Shown here piece by piece: positions 14,466-28,069 of a DNA stretch of 64,000 nt. The notes under the pieces were generated by a model, which worked only from the letters and a program-made list of their open reading frames with translations, did not search any database and was not told the origin of the DNA. The DNA lies in the NCBI RefSeq assembly GCF_006345805.1, contig NC_043017.1, forward strand, positions 12,462,001 through 12,526,000, given 5' to 3'. This DNA is from Octopus sinensis. Taxonomy: Eukaryota. How positions within the stretch are numbered: position 1 is the stretch's first letter; every line of letters starts with the position of its first letter. A program made the translations under genes and the position numbers.

Positions 14466-14929
14466 CACACACACACACAAAGAATCTTTTTTTCTTTGCA
14501 GAAAAGAAACTAAACACATAACAACAACAACAACAAGAAGATGTTGCAACACAGCACCTCACTCCTAGACCCAAACACCAAAGAGAGGGCTTGAAACCAG
14601 AATTCTATTTTTGTTTTTGTTTTTTCTTCTTCCTGGTGCAGTAGGGAGTGGGAGAGGACTGCTGGAGTAGATAGGAAGAACCGATTCTTAAGGAATCTCC
14701 CCAACCCTCCAATCTTGACCAGTAACTGTTTTTTTAGTTGTTTTTTATTTTTTGGTTTTTTTTTTGTATCACAAATGAAATGACTATTTCTAAGACATGC
14801 ACAAGAGACACTCCACCCAACCCAAATAATTTTGTAGGGAGGGTGAGAGGGAACAGTCAACAGTCAATCATGTACATTCAAGTTTTTTTTTTTTCGGTCT
14901 TTCTACCTTTCTTTTAAGCTTTCAAGCCC

Positions 14930-16230
14930 ACCCCACCTCTGAAAGGATGAAAGCCAAAAAAAAAAAAAAATGAATCAGTGCTTCACATTCACAGGGATTT
15001 GAACTCCACACATAGAGGATCATAACTAAATACAAGCATTTAGTTCAAAGCTCTACATCAATTCTGCTCAATCCACATTTCCCTACTAAAAAACTAATAA
15101 CCCTTTCTACTATAGATAGACACAAGGCCTGAAATTTGGGGGAGGGGAGATAATTGTTTACATCAACCCCAGGATATAACTGGTACTTAATTTATCGACC
15201 TCAAAAGGATAAAAGGCAAAGTCCACCTTGGCAGAATTTGAACTTAGAACGGACGAAATACTGCTAAGCATTTTGTCCAGCATGCTAACAATTCTGCCAG
15301 CTTGCCACCCTAATTATAAAATAATAATGGCATCTGATTCAGGCACAAGCCCAGAAAAATTTTAGGGAGAGAGGTATGTCGATCCCACTGATTCCAGTAC
15401 ATCAATCATTGACCCCAAAAGGATGAAAGGCAAAGCTGACCTCAGTGGTATTTGAACTCAGAACACAAAGAACCAGAACAAATATTGGTTTCTAATTTTG
15501 GCACAAAGCCAGTAATTTCGGGGGGAAGAGGGGAAGGAGAGGCAAGTCGATTACATTGACCCCAGTGCTTAACTGGTACTTACGCCATTGACCACCACCC
15601 CCAGAAGGATGAAAGGCAAAGTCGACCTTGACCTGGATGAAATGACACTTAGCATTTTGCCCCAGCATGTTAACCATCCTACCAGCTCACCGCCATATCC
15701 AGAACAAATATTACAAACCATTTTGTCCAGCTCACTAATAATAACAATAATAATAATAATAATAATAATAATCTTTACTACTATAGGCTCAAGGCCTGAA
15801 ATTTGTGGAGAGGGGATAAGTCAATTACATCAACCCCAGTGCATAACTGGTACTTATTTCATTGACCTCCCAAATGGATGAAAGGCTAAGTTGACCTCAG
15901 GATGTAAAACCAGAAGAAATGCGAGTAAGCATTTTCTCTGGTGTGCTAACGAATCTGCCAACTCACCACAATAATAATAATAATAATAATCCTTTCTACT
16001 AAAGGCACAAGGCCTGAAATTTGGAGGGAGGTGACTAGTCGATTGCATCAACCCCAGTGTCTCACTGGTACTTAATTTATCAACCCCCAAAAGGATAAAA
16101 GGCAAAGTCGACCCTGGCGGGATTTGACCTTGCAACGTAGAGACAAATGAAGTGCCACTAAACATTTTGTCCGGCATGCTAATGATTCTGCCAGCTTGCC
16201 ACCTTAATAATAATAATAATAATGGAAATA
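14930..16230 (-). mobile_element. Cluster of about 6 older family-A-related SINE copies, all in the same orientation, separated by (AAT)n
   Basis: Repeated ggatgaaaggcaaagtcgacct...atttgaactcagaac and ggcacaaggcctgaaattt ends. Similar co-oriented copies lie at 6908-7790 and 12250-12710. Confidence 0.75.
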
Positions 16231-17920
16231 ATAATAATAATAATAATATACACTACTGGATTGGGTTCAAAAGGGAACACACACACCATCCCTACATCAT
16301 GATACCCCTTTTTTTAAAGTTCTGGACCCACCCTTCCTACAGAAGTTTTTCCATTTTACTTTTAGTTTATTGGTTTGTATTTTCGTTTTTGTTTCCAGAC
16401 ATGATTTTTTACATCAGTTTAGCTGGGCCGACCGACCGGCAAGATGATGTGTAACAAATGGGGAGAAAAAAGAAAAACACACATGCACGCATGCATGCAT
16501 ACATACATGCACACACACACACACACACACAAATACTCTCTCTCTCTTTTTTTCTCGGTGGTCTGAGCAAAATCTTTATAACTCCAAACTCACAAAAATA
16601 TCACCCACCTTTCATCCTTTCTTCAGAAATTTGTCCCATTCTATGAGATGAAAAAAAGCAGGCAAAAAAAAATAAAATAATAATTAAAAAAAAAACAATG
16701 TAATTTTTAAAAAATAATACGGTAAAAGTCCGTATTTCGTTTCATTTCATTTCATTCCATTTCGTTTTGTTTCGTCGATAATTCATTTCGCAAGGCCTTC
16801 ACGAAGAGGTTTACAACAAACATCGCTTTTAAAAAGTTCGTCAATTCCAATTGTTTTCTTGTAGCTATTGTTCTTGTTGCAGTTGTTTCACCTCCATCCC
16901 AGGAACACCTTGATTAAATACACACACACAAGCAATCAAAGGCGTTCCAACTACGACCAACCTGTCTGGGCTTTTCTTTTCTTTTCTTTCTTTATGTTCA
17001 TTTTTGCTTTCTTTCCTAGGTTTAGAATATATTTCTCTACAACTACATCCATTACCAAATATGTCCTTCATTCCTTCTTTAAGACAAGTGTGATATGGCT
17101 GCTATTTCTAACAGGCCGAGCAAATCACGCACTATACACCAGTTTGGTCCAAGAGAGGTCTCTCATCTGTTTTTAAGTCCAACATCTTTTAAAGTAGAGG
17201 GATGGGTCTTCTATCAATACAGTTTTGCTTTTCTAATTTTTCCCTTTCATCTCTTAATTCCATCAACACAGTTGTTGTTGTTGTTGCTATCATCATAATC
17301 GTTTTTGTTGTAGTCTTCATAGATATTGTTGTTATCATTGTTGTTGTTGCTGCTGCTGCTGCTGTTGTTGTTGTTCTAATCATTTTTTTCCCCATTCAAC
17401 GCTTTTGATGATTGTTTTTTTGTTTTTTTTTGTAGAATATTTTTTTTCCCAAATTTTTTTTTTTTTTGCTTTTGTGTTGTATTTTTTTTTAAGTAAATTT
17501 TACATTTTAGATATTAAAAATTTTTTTTTTCTTTTAAAAGAGAGTAAGGAGGAGAGGGAAGAGGAAATATTAATTTCCCTGAAAGAGGTGGTGGTGGTGG
17601 TCATTCATTGCCAAATGTAAAAACTATTACTATTTTCAATTCAAAGTTCCTTGCATATACTTTGATATCATATACATATATATACACACATACATACATA
17701 TATATATATTTATACAATGTTGTGTATATGCATGTTTGGGGGGGAGTGTGTTTATGTGTATGTATGTGTGTGTGTGTGTGTATGGTGTGTGTGTACGAAT
17801 GACAGCTGTCCAAGACCTTGTGTTTTCTGTCACACGGCTATAGTCTCGAACCAGCTAAGTAGTAAGGTCCAGCTGACCATTCATACAACAGTCTGTCTTT
17901 CTGTCTGTCAGTCATACTGT

Positions 17921-17957
<37 letters not shown>

Positions 17958-18241
17958 TGAGTAAATGAGAAAGAGAGAGAGAGAGAGAGGAGACAAAGAC
18001 AGGAGCATAAAAAAGTGGGGGAGTGGGAGAGAATTTAGGGAGGGGAAATGGGGTTATAAAGAAGGATCAAGAAGGGAAAGATCGGGAGGGGGGAGGGTGT
18101 TATCATCATCATCATCAAGAAGCAGTATGCATGGGTATGATAGTATTTCTCCAACAGCAGGAAGGGTTAGCAATGGAAAAAAAAAAAAAAAAAAAAAAAA
18201 AAACAAAGGTTCTGTCCGTAGGGGCTGGTTAATGGGTAGTG

Positions 18242-18382
18242 TTATGTCGCTTCAACCGGTGACATCTGTGCGGTCCTAACCATGCTGTATACACTTTCTA
18301 GGTTGGCCAAGTTCTCAAAGTAAGGGATGAGGTCGTACAGTTCCCGGTCTTCTTCATCGTCGAACCATGAACTGACTGGAAC
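18242..18382 (-). CDS. CTDSPL: CTDSP last coding exon [46 protein letters not shown]-stop
   Basis: ccctccag acceptor, 141 nt including TAA at 18242-18244. VPV-SWFDD..D.EL.DL.P.FE is the family C-terminal motif. Confidence 0.95.
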   Translation of the reverse strand, partial: VPVSSWFDDEEDRELYDLIPYFENLANLESVYSMVRTAQMSPVEAT

Positions 18383-18505
18383 CTGGAGGGAAAGAAAGAA
18401 AGAAAGAAAGACAGTGTTAGAACATTGAAATATTTTATATGAAGAATCTGATAGAAACGTGTGTGGTGTGTGGTTGCTGATGGTAGTGTTGTTTAGCTCC
18501 ATATC

Positions 18506-18922
18506 TATTTCTTTACAACCCACTAGGGGGCTAAACACAGAGAGGACAAACAAGGACAGACAAACGGATTAAGTCAGTTATACTGACCCCAGTGCGTAAC
18601 TGGTACTTATTTAATCGACCCCGAAAGGATGAAAGGCAAAGTCGACCTCGGCCGAATTTGAACTCAGAACGTAACGACAGACGAAATACCTATTTCTTTA
18701 CAACCCACTAGGGGGCTAAACACAGAGAGGACAAACAAGGACAGACAAACGGATTAAGTCAGTTATACTGACCCCAGTGCGTAACTGGTACTTATTTAAT
18801 GGACCCCGAAAGGATGAAAGGCAAAGTCGACCTCGGTGGAATTTGAACTCAGAACGTAAAGGCAGACGAAATACGGCTATGCATTTCGTCCGACGTGCTA
18901 ACATTTCTGCCAACTCGCCGCC
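18506..18922 (-). mobile_element. SINE family A, head plus 2 bodies, in the last CTDSP intron
   Basis: Junction gaaatacc|tatttc at 18690/18691. TSD tgtttagctccatatct. Confidence 0.88.
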
Positions 18923-19039
18923 TTTGTTTAGCTCCATATCTGACTTGGGTCAGCAGATCTATGACCAAAGATAGTCTCCAGCCTTGACCATCCCATCTCC
19001 CATAGATTAAGCACTTAATAATAATAATAATAATAACCA

Positions 19040-19450
19040 TTTAACTTTCATTTTCCATGATGGCATGGGTTGGACTGTTTAACAGGATCCTGTCCGCTGA
19101 AGAGCTGCCCCGGTTCCATGTCCCTTTTGACATGGTTTCTACAGCTGGATGCCCTTCCTAATGTCAACCAGTTTACAGAGTGTACTGGGTGCACTTATGT
19201 AGCACCAGCATGGGTGCTTTTTAAATAATGCCAGCACCCACGAGCCCGCAAGATTAGGAACACTCAGCTGGAGTGGGATGCAGGGGACATGCCCGTATGC
19301 AAGGACAACCACGTATTTACTTAGCTTGACATGTCTTCTCAATCACAGCAAACCACCAGAAGTCTCGGTCCTTTGTCATCCCCTCTGTGAGGCCAAACAT
19401 CTCAAGATCCTTTCTCACCACTTTATCCAACGTCTTTCTGGGTCTACCCC
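19040..19450 (-). mobile_element. RTE-clade LINE 3' end
   Basis: [21 protein letters not shown] resembles the RTE ORF C-terminus, followed by the ggaagggcatccagc..ccaacccatgc 3' region. Confidence 0.7.
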
Positions 19451-19451
19451 T

Positions 19452-19464
19452 AACAACAACAACA

Positions 19465-19515
<51 letters not shown>

Positions 19516-19596
19516 AACAACAACAACAACAACACAACAACAACAACAACAACACAACAACAACAACAACAACACAACAACAACAACAACAACAAC

Positions 19597-19643
<47 letters not shown>

Positions 19644-19662
19644 CAACAACAACAACAACAAC

Positions 19663-19746
<84 letters not shown>

Positions 19747-19747
19747 C
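19452..19747. repeat. (CAA)n microsatellite
   Basis: Directly visible; intronic. Confidence 0.98.
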
Positions 19748-19760
19748 GGTAACTACTTAC

Positions 19761-19847
19761 TGCATTTTGTGGATGGAAGATATAAGAAGCTGGTGAGTTG
19801 TCCACAATCACCACTTGTTCAAGTTCTCGCCCTAAACGACTCAAATC
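19761..19847 (-). CDS. CTDSPL: CTDSP exon [29 protein letters not shown]
   Basis: tttgcag acceptor, GCA|gtaagt donor, 87 nt, phase 0-0. Contains KDLSRLGR and the DNSP motif. Confidence 0.97.
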
Positions 19848-20096
19848 CTGCAAATAGTAAAAGAGAAACACTGGTTAAATTTCTTAAATGGTGGCAGTTG
19901 CTGTTTGATTTGTAGTTTAGCCCTGGGTCAACACTGATCAAGCAGATCTATGGACCAGAGGGCATTTCTTACCCTACCTATCCTGCCTTATATACACATA
20001 TGTGTATGCATGCCTGCATGTATAAATATGTGTATATAAATAAATATATATAGATATATATATATATATATACATATATGTGTGTGTGTACGCATA

Positions 20097-20142
<46 letters not shown>

Positions 20143-20542
20143 ACAGTTTGAGTATAAAAGTACAAAATATGTATATATGTAACATGCAAAATGAGAGAGA
20201 GCATAAAGTGGAGACTTTCAGACAATGAATATTTAATAGTTGGATGTTAATAGTAATAGATCCAACCAACACAGAGTACAAACGAAAGAAAATTGAAGGG
20301 GAAGAAGTAAGATGTGACAAATCCAACAGCTGTTTCTGAAAGTCTCCACTTTTGGCTTTTTCTCATTTTGCATAGACACATATATACATAATTGCCTCTA
20401 TGTCTGCTCAACTTAATCCCTTTTACCCCTTGGAATTGATCCCCTACAAAGACATCGGAGTCCAAATTTGAATTATTAAGTGTCTTCTATACTGAGAAGA
20501 CTGGATCTCATCTGTAGACAATGCATATATATATACATACAT

Positions 20543-20582
<40 letters not shown>

Positions 20583-20851
20583 GTACTGATGCAGATAAAT
20601 ATGACTAGGCTGGATAGATAGATAGACATAGACACATATCTACATATATTCAGAAAGATACACACACATACATACATACATACAGATATATTTATACAGA
20701 GCATAAAAAGTACAGAATATTATTAAGAAGGGGCTACATTAATTTATGTACGATATATATGTATTTACATGAATGTATGTGTATATGTTTGTGTATATAT
20801 GTATATACACACACGCAGGCAGAAAAGAAATTACGAAAGATCCAAACCTAC

Positions 20852-20950
20852 TTTAACATAATTTCCGCGATGAAAGACACAAGATTCCCTGAAGAGGCGA
20901 GCTCTGAAGACGTCCCATTTGTCCAGAAGATCGGCAACTGGGTCAGCATA
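20852..20950 (-). CDS. CTDSPL: CTDSP exon [33 protein letters not shown]
   Basis: cccacag acceptor, AAA|gtaggt donor, 99 nt, phase 0-0. [10 protein letters not shown] and RLFRESC are family motifs. Confidence 0.97.
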
Positions 20951-21039
20951 CTGTGGGAAGGGAGATAAAGCAATAGAGAATATTGTCACCATAAACACCC
21001 AGGTGTCTTGTACACAACATATTATTAATGACACTTAGT

Positions 21040-22400
21040 ATCACACATCACAACATAGTAGGATATATCTCCACTAACAACACAAAATACCAAAAACGTT
21101 CAGATTCTAACAGCACAACTTTATGTTTAGTATTTCACGCTGTACACACTTACACAGATACATTTTACCATCTACACATCATGTTTCAACTAACACTGTA
21201 ACCCTGCCAACATGATCTAACTCTCACACCGTAACCTTCTCCACTGTACCAACACTAGTGTTCAGACTTCTGCACTGTACCCCATTAACCTGCTCTAACT
21301 CTAATACTGTACCCCATCACATATGTTCAGACTGTTATTCTGAACACATGTAGACACCCGTGGACATATTTACAAAGTCAGAAAACAGCACAGCTCCACT
21401 GACTTTAGGAAACATTTTTTCCCGCTGAGAGTTGCTGAAGCATGGAACAAACTGCCGGCATCGGTTGTTAATTGTCAGAGCACTGCATCCTTCAAAACTT
21501 CCATGCTTCCTGAGATTTGCCAACACTACACCTGATTGACTTTCAGAAACATTTTTTCACGCTGAGGGTTGCTGAAGTATGGAACAAACTGCCGGAATCA
21601 GTTGTTAGTCGTCGGAGCACTGCATCCTTCAAAATTTCCATGCTTCCTGAGATTCACCAACACTACACCTGATTGACTTTCAGAAACATTTTTTCACGCT
21701 GAGGGTTGCTGAAGTATGGAACAAACTGCCGGAATCAGTTGTTAGTTGTCGGAGCACTGCATCCTTCAAAACTTCCATGCTTCCTGAGATTCGCCAACAC
21801 TACACTTGATTTTCTCCCCTCCATACACACACAAGCATGTACCTGACTCATCCATTGTTCGCTTTCCAGACATTTGTACATTACTGCATAAACTTTATAC
21901 GCACTTTCTGACGAGTTGTGGTGCACCTGAGCAGTGTATACAATAATTTCATTATCATACTATAGTAAGGTTCTCACATGCTACCACCCAGACAACATGT
22001 CTACACTTCAACACTAACCCTCGCAACATATATTAGCATTCACAGTGTACCCCCATCAACATGTTCTAATTCTCACACTGTATCAACCACTGGTGTTTAG
22101 ACTTCTGCACTGTACCCCACCAACCTACTCTAACTCTTACACTGTACCCCCCATCACATATGTTCAAACTGTTAGACTGTCAACATATTAAGACTCCCAC
22201 ACTGTTCCACCTAGACATGTCTACACTTATATACTACCCCAGCAGCATATTTGAACTTCCACCCTGTACCACAAACACATGTTCACGCAGTCACACTGTA
22301 CCCTTATGGACATGTTTAAACTTCCACATTATATCAACCACATATAAACTTCCACAGTATCTGCCACACAAACTATCTTGATTTCATGTACACTGCACAT
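21040..22400. repeat. Degenerate ~30-35-bp minisatellite (cacactgtacccc..aacatgttc), interrupted by the CR1 fragment
   Basis: Recurrent actgtacc motif; ~21245-21335 is duplicated at ~22085-22175. Confidence 0.55.
21337..21958 (+). mobile_element. CR1-type LINE 3' fragment with an internal ~139-bp triplication
   Basis: Three copies of gacttt(c/a)(a/g)gaaacatttttt..gctgaag..ggaacaaactgccgg..caacactacac, followed by the 3' UTR. Confidence 0.8.
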
Positions 22401-22473
22401 ACACTTATTACACACCAATACACTTATTTACAGATGCACAGAAAATGAAAAGAAGAGTGAATCACTGATTTAC

Positions 22474-22566
22474 CTTAGCTAAGCTGGCAGTAAATAAAAC
22501 ACACTCATAAAGTTCTCCCATTTTCTGGAGAAACTCATCAACATAAGGCCGCTTTAAAACGTAGAC
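22474..22566 (-). CDS. CTDSPL: CTDSP exon [31 protein letters not shown]
   Basis: Read manually (not in the ORF track). tttctag acceptor, AAG|gtaaat donor, 93 nt, phase 0-0. Contains the KRP and FTAS motifs. Confidence 0.97.
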
Positions 22567-22650
22567 CTAGAAATGAAACAAGACAGAAAAAGAAAGAGAA
22601 GTGAGAGGTAAACTTACATAGAGATATATGCATGTACACACTGTAATATA

Positions 22651-22736
<86 letters not shown>

Positions 22737-22881
22737 CAGTCATGAATTTCATTACAAACAACATGGACCAAATTTCTTCTTAAGAAAAAAATATATTCAT
22801 ATAAATTAAACATTATATCATGAATAGCGATTGCGAAACCGGTCGATACATTAAAAATTATATTAAAACCATGTAAGTGTG

Positions 22882-22915
<34 letters not shown>

Positions 22916-24067
22916 AGAAAGTGAGAGTTGTATTTTAATGCAGAGGTGTACATGTGCAATCAATGGATTATGTATACATCTACATAAAGGTAACCTAGTC
23001 TTGTTTTTTAGGAACGTATCTGGGACTACATTGTCTAATGTGTTATTCCAGTTTTTACACAGTACAGTATGTGTATAAAATCAGAGAATTAGGCTGTTAT
23101 TTCTAGCAGATAAAGATACCACATAGGGGTTCAGGTGTATGCACAAATTGTAGGAATTAGACTATCATTTCCAGCAAGGCTGAGGTACCGAATGGGAGTT
23201 ACCTCATTGGCTTGTGAAGGTAGTAGTGTGAAGTCACAGATGCTGGACGAGTTAATAAAGTGTTAAAGAGTTATTTCCCTTGGTTCAAATTTTTTTTTTT
23301 TTTTTAGATTTTGAACAACTTGGTCTTTAGAGAAAGTTTTTTGTCTACTAATAACATAAATAATCTCGTCATATGAGACAGGCAGAGACGTTACAGTGTT
23401 GGGTAAAAAGCTTCTACAGTATTTATTCAAGCACTCAGCGCTACGAGTTCAAATCCTACCAAAGTCAAATTTGTTTTTTGTCCTTTCAGGAACAATAAAA
23501 TATAGTTCCAGCCAAAAACTAGACTCAATAGAATCAATTAAACCCTTGCTGGAACATTCTTGGCCATATACCAACCAATACTAGAAACAAACCATGTGGT
23601 TTCAGGTTCAGTCCTGCTCAACATCACATCACCTTGGGCATGTATCTTCTACTGTAGATCCAGGCTAACAGATGCCGTGTGAGTGAAGGTTGTAGATGGA
23701 AACTGTGTGGAAGCCCATCACGTGTGTGTGGGGGGGTGAGTATACACCTGTATTTGTGTTTGAATTTGTCCCCCATCATCACCACCACCTGACAACTAGT
23801 GTTGTTTTGTTTATGTCCTTATGACTTAACAATTCAGCGAAAGAGACCAATAAAATAAATACAAGAGTTGACTGGTTCAAACTAAACCCTCCAAGCCAGT
23901 GCTCCAGTACGGCTTCAGTGCAATGACTGAAACAAATAGAAGATAAATATAAAGCCTTGCTAAACTTGTTATCAACTGCTAAGTCCTAGGTCTACAGTTA
24001 AAATCCTGCAACCAGCACCTCTCAGAGTCCTTGAGCTAAATAGACTTACCGCTCCCTCACTTTGCTA

Positions 24068-24480
24068 CCATCATCATCATCATCGTTTAACGTCCATTCT
24101 CCATGCTAGCATGGGTTGGACGGTTCAACTGCGGTCTGGGAAGCCAGAAGGCTGCACCAGGCCCAGTCTGATCTGGCAGTGTTTCTATGGCTGGATGCCC
24201 TTCCTAACGCCAACCACTCCGTGAGTGTAGTGGGTGCTTTTTACGTGCCAGACGAGGCTGTCAAACGGCCACGATCAGATGGTGTTTCTTACGTGCCACC
24301 GGCATGGAGGCCAGACGAGGCTGGCAATGGCCATGATCGGATGGTGCTTTTTACGTGTCACTGGCACGGAGGCCATTCGGAGCGGCACTGACAATGGCCA
24401 CGTTCGGATGGTTCTCTTACGTGCCACAAGCACTGGTATCACAGCTACAATTTCCATTGATGTTGATCGATTTCGATTTT
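24068..24480 (-). mobile_element. RTE-tailed short element with internal ~55-60-bp variable repeats
   Basis: (GAT)n tail, ggatgcccttcctaacgccaacc core and repeated ggtgcttttacgtgccac units. Family copies at 27057-27465, 40285-40545 (opposite strand), 54565-54890 and 9193-9330. Confidence 0.7.
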
Positions 24481-24669
24481 CGCCTTTCATTAACCCATAG
24501 GCGTAGGGAGTGGCTGTGTGGTAAGTAGCTTGCTTACCAACCACATGCTTCCAGGTTCAGTCCTACTGCGTGGCACCTTGGGCAAGTGTCTTCTACTATA
24601 GCCTCGGGTCAACCAAAGCCTTGTGAGTGGATTTAGTAGACAGAAACTGAAAGAAGCCCGTCGTATATG

Positions 24670-24700
<31 letters not shown>

Positions 24701-25230
24701 GTATATGTGTGTGTGTGTATGTTTCTGTGTCTGTGTTTGTCCCATCAACATCGCTTGACAACCGTTGCTGGTGTGTTTACATCCCCATAACTTAGTGGTT
24801 CAGCTAAAAGGGACCGATAGAATAAATACTAGGCTTACAAAGAATAAGTCCTGGGGTCGATTTGCTCGACTAAAAGCGGTGCTCCAGCATGGCCACAGCC
24901 AAATGACTGAAACAAGTAAAAGAGTGACCCTTTTAGTGGCATTTTATGATATGCAGTGATGAAGTCTGGCCCATTCTAAAACCAGCACAGCATACTCACA
25001 CTATAAACGTGTGTGTGCATGTGTGCACATGCATGCGTGTACATGTCTTTCAGTGATAATTATGTATGCGTATATTATTAAGCTTTATACTATACAACAT
25101 TATACATTCCTTTCAGCTAATTTTACCAATCAGTTTCACACAGAAAATAGGTAATTAGGTAATAACCTAAGACAGCATTCATCAGGAGAAAGTATGGCAA
25201 CACAGATTCTTAGAAGACTAATCTATTTAT

Positions 25231-25617
25231 GGGATGGAAGCACTCCGTCGGTTACGACGACGAGGGTTCCGGTTGATCCGAATCAACGGAACAGCCTGCT
25301 CGTGAAATTAACGTGTAAGTGGCTGAGCACTCCACAGACACGTGTACCCTTAACGTAGTTCTCGGGGATATTCAGCGTGACACAGAGAGTGACAAAGCTG
25401 GCCCTTTGAAATACAGGTACAACAGAAAAAGGAAGTAAGAGTGAGAGAAAGTTGTGGTGAAAGAGTACAGCAGGGACCACCACCATCCCCTGCCGGAGCC
25501 TCGTGGAGCTTTAGGTGTTTTCGCTCAATAAACACTCACAATGCCCGGTCTGGGAATCGAAACCGCGATCCTATGACCACGAGTCCGCTGCCCTAACCAT
25601 TGGGCCATTGCGCCTCC
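25231..25617 (-). mobile_element. SINE family B
   Basis: Near-identical to 6254-6628. Flanking aatctat duplication. Confidence 0.85.
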
Positions 25618-25899
25618 AATCTATATATATATGTATATATGTGTATGTATCAGTAAAAAAAAATGTATGCATCAAAAGAGAGGGAAAAAAAACAGTGTTT
25701 TGAAACAAAAATAACCTTTGTGATAATTGTTCTGCCCTGTTTTAGCCATTTCCTATATCACTGTTTGCCACCAGAAATGGAAATAAACCAGTGATTCTGC
25801 CCATTAGAATCGTATGACCAATAACATTTATTATTCACCAAAGTAATCACAAACAAGTCAAGGGGAAAAAACATAACAGAGGAGGAGGAGGAGAAGAAG

Positions 25900-25901
<2 letters not shown>

Positions 25902-25949
<48 letters not shown>

Positions 25950-26117
25950 TAATAATAATAATAATGATAATAATAATAATAATTGATAATAATAATAATA
26001 ATAATAATGATAATAATGATAATAATAATAATAATGATGATAATAATAATAATGATAATAATAATAATAATATAATAATAATATATAATAATAATGATAA
26101 TAATAATAATAATAATG

Positions 26118-26148
<31 letters not shown>

Positions 26149-26236
26149 TAATAATGATAATAATAATGATAATAATAATAATAATAATAATAATAATATA
26201 ATGATAATAATAATGATAATAATAATAATAATAATG

Positions 26237-26288
<52 letters not shown>

Positions 26289-26307
26289 TGATGATGATGA
26301 TGATGAT
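25902..26307. repeat. (AAT/GAT)n microsatellite
   Basis: Directly visible; intronic. Confidence 0.98.
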
Positions 26308-26323
26308 AAATAAGCACACTTAC

Positions 26324-26380
26324 TTGATGTGTAGTACCCTCGATTTCCACAGGAACAATAAAATCTGCATTGTCTATAGG
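26324..26380 (-). CDS. CTDSPL: CTDSP exon PIDNADFIVPVEIEGTTHQ
   Basis: ctttcag acceptor, CAA|gtaagt donor, 57 nt, phase 0-0. Matches the SCP-family NADFIVPVEI segment. Confidence 0.97.
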
Positions 26381-27641
26381 CTGAAAGAGAATAAACAGTC
26401 TGTTATTCTTGGCCAATTCCTGAATTTGGAATTTCATAAATGATAAAACAGTCACACATTCTTTGCTTGACCAGGGAGAGATATCTGTCAGCTGGACAAA
26501 GCAGGCTTTGATATTTTGGTTTCTGTTGCTGTTTGTGAACACAGGAGCTACTTTGTTGCAGAGAGGCAAGCACAAAGAGACTTGTTCTTCAATTAAGCCT
26601 ATCCATCGTTAGACACTACAAGCAGTGTTGTTCTTAATCAAAGACACTACTACTGAGTGGATGGCTCCGGGAGAGAGTGCAGGGGTGCAGTGGTATGGGA
26701 GAAGGTGAGCAACCATACAAAGCAACCACTGAATCACAACATCAAGTGATTATTTACAGCAGTGCCAAACTAACCCTCCAGCCACTGTGCTTATTCACAC
26801 CTCTCAGCTTTCAGGACTGAGAGTTTGGTTAGTTAACGCTTCCGGAACTTACCAGTAAAGCCACATGTTCCGTGTGTTCTTTCTCTCGGTGAAACAACAG
26901 TTATAACAGAAGGAGGCAAGTGTGTGTTCCAACTTCATGATTAAACTTTGACGTTTAGCACTCGTCAATAAAATAATTACTGGTTGAATGTAATTGACTT
27001 ACCAACTCCCTCAAAATTGCTGGTCCCATGCAAATATTTGAAACCAATATTTAGCACTCATCATCATCATCATCGTTTAGCATCCGCTTTCCATGCTAGC
27101 ATGGGTTGGACGGTTCAGCCGGGGTCTGGGAAGCCAGAAGGCTGCACCAGGCCCAGTCTGATCTGGCAGTGTTTCTACGGCTGGATGCTCCATGAGTGTA
27201 GTGGGTGCTTTTTACGTGCCACTGGCACAGGTGCCAGACGAGGCTGGCAAACAGCCACAATTGGATGGTGCTTTTTATGTGCCACCAGCACGGGGGCCAG
27301 GCGAGGCTGGCAAATGGTCATGATCGGATGGTGCTTTTTACATGCCACCGGCACGAGGCCAGTCTGGGCGGCACTGGCAATGGCCACGTTCAGATGGTTT
27401 TCTTACGTACCACCAGCACTGGTATCACAGCTGCAATTTCCATTGATGCTGATCGATTTTGATTTCAAAATATCCATGAAGCCAAGCCAAGGATGCAGAA
27501 TAAAATATTTTGTCAAATTATGAAAATGTACCATCAATGATGCATGTGGTGATTGTGTGACAGTTGCAATGAACCACTGGTGATACATGTGGGGGTTAAC
27601 GTGTTAAAATACAAAACTAGGCAGCTTTTAAAAAGCTTTAA

Positions 27642-27855
27642 CCCATTCGTTACCAACCCGGCTGAATCTGGCTCTGAGTACAAATGTCTTGTTTTCATAA
27701 GTTTTGAATTAAAATCTTCCACCAAACCTTAATCACAATTTATGTTCCTAACACTAGCTTAATGATAACTAAGTTATTTTACTAAATTCTTTGTTATATT
27801 TGAAGTAATTGAAAGAAACACAAAGCATCTCAAAATATATACAGCAATGAAAGGG
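27642..27855. mobile_element. piggyBac-like MITE
   Basis: TTAA|CCC...GGG|TTAA. Related copy at 35718-35949; a second subfamily at 42870-43091, ~48533-48879 and 57035-57249. Confidence 0.7.
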
Positions 27856-28069
27856 TTAAACAACAACACTAGCACAACAAGAGAAGTCAGTTTGTAGCTG
27901 AAATAAACCCAATTCTTAGATATGACTGTTCAACAAGGAGTGTTCAACAAGATGTTTGACTGTGTGCAAGACATCAAGTACAGCAATGCCATCGATAGTA
28001 AGAGTACAGGGGTGCCCAATCTGGGTAGATAAGCTGAAAGAGTCAGCAATCAATGTTTAATATATATAT

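Noticed and set aside
19278-19796. Poly-Q/T/N ORFs, also poly-N/I at 25858-26443, poly-P at 60861-61244 and K/R/E-rich at 62421-62969
   Set aside because: Intronic simple repeats; the true exons are bounded by GT-AG sites that exclude them.
26590-26625. agcctatcc matches the 3' end of miR-26, which is intronic in vertebrate CTDSP genes
   Set aside because: Only 9 nt, no seed match, no visible hairpin, and miR-26 is not expected outside vertebrates.
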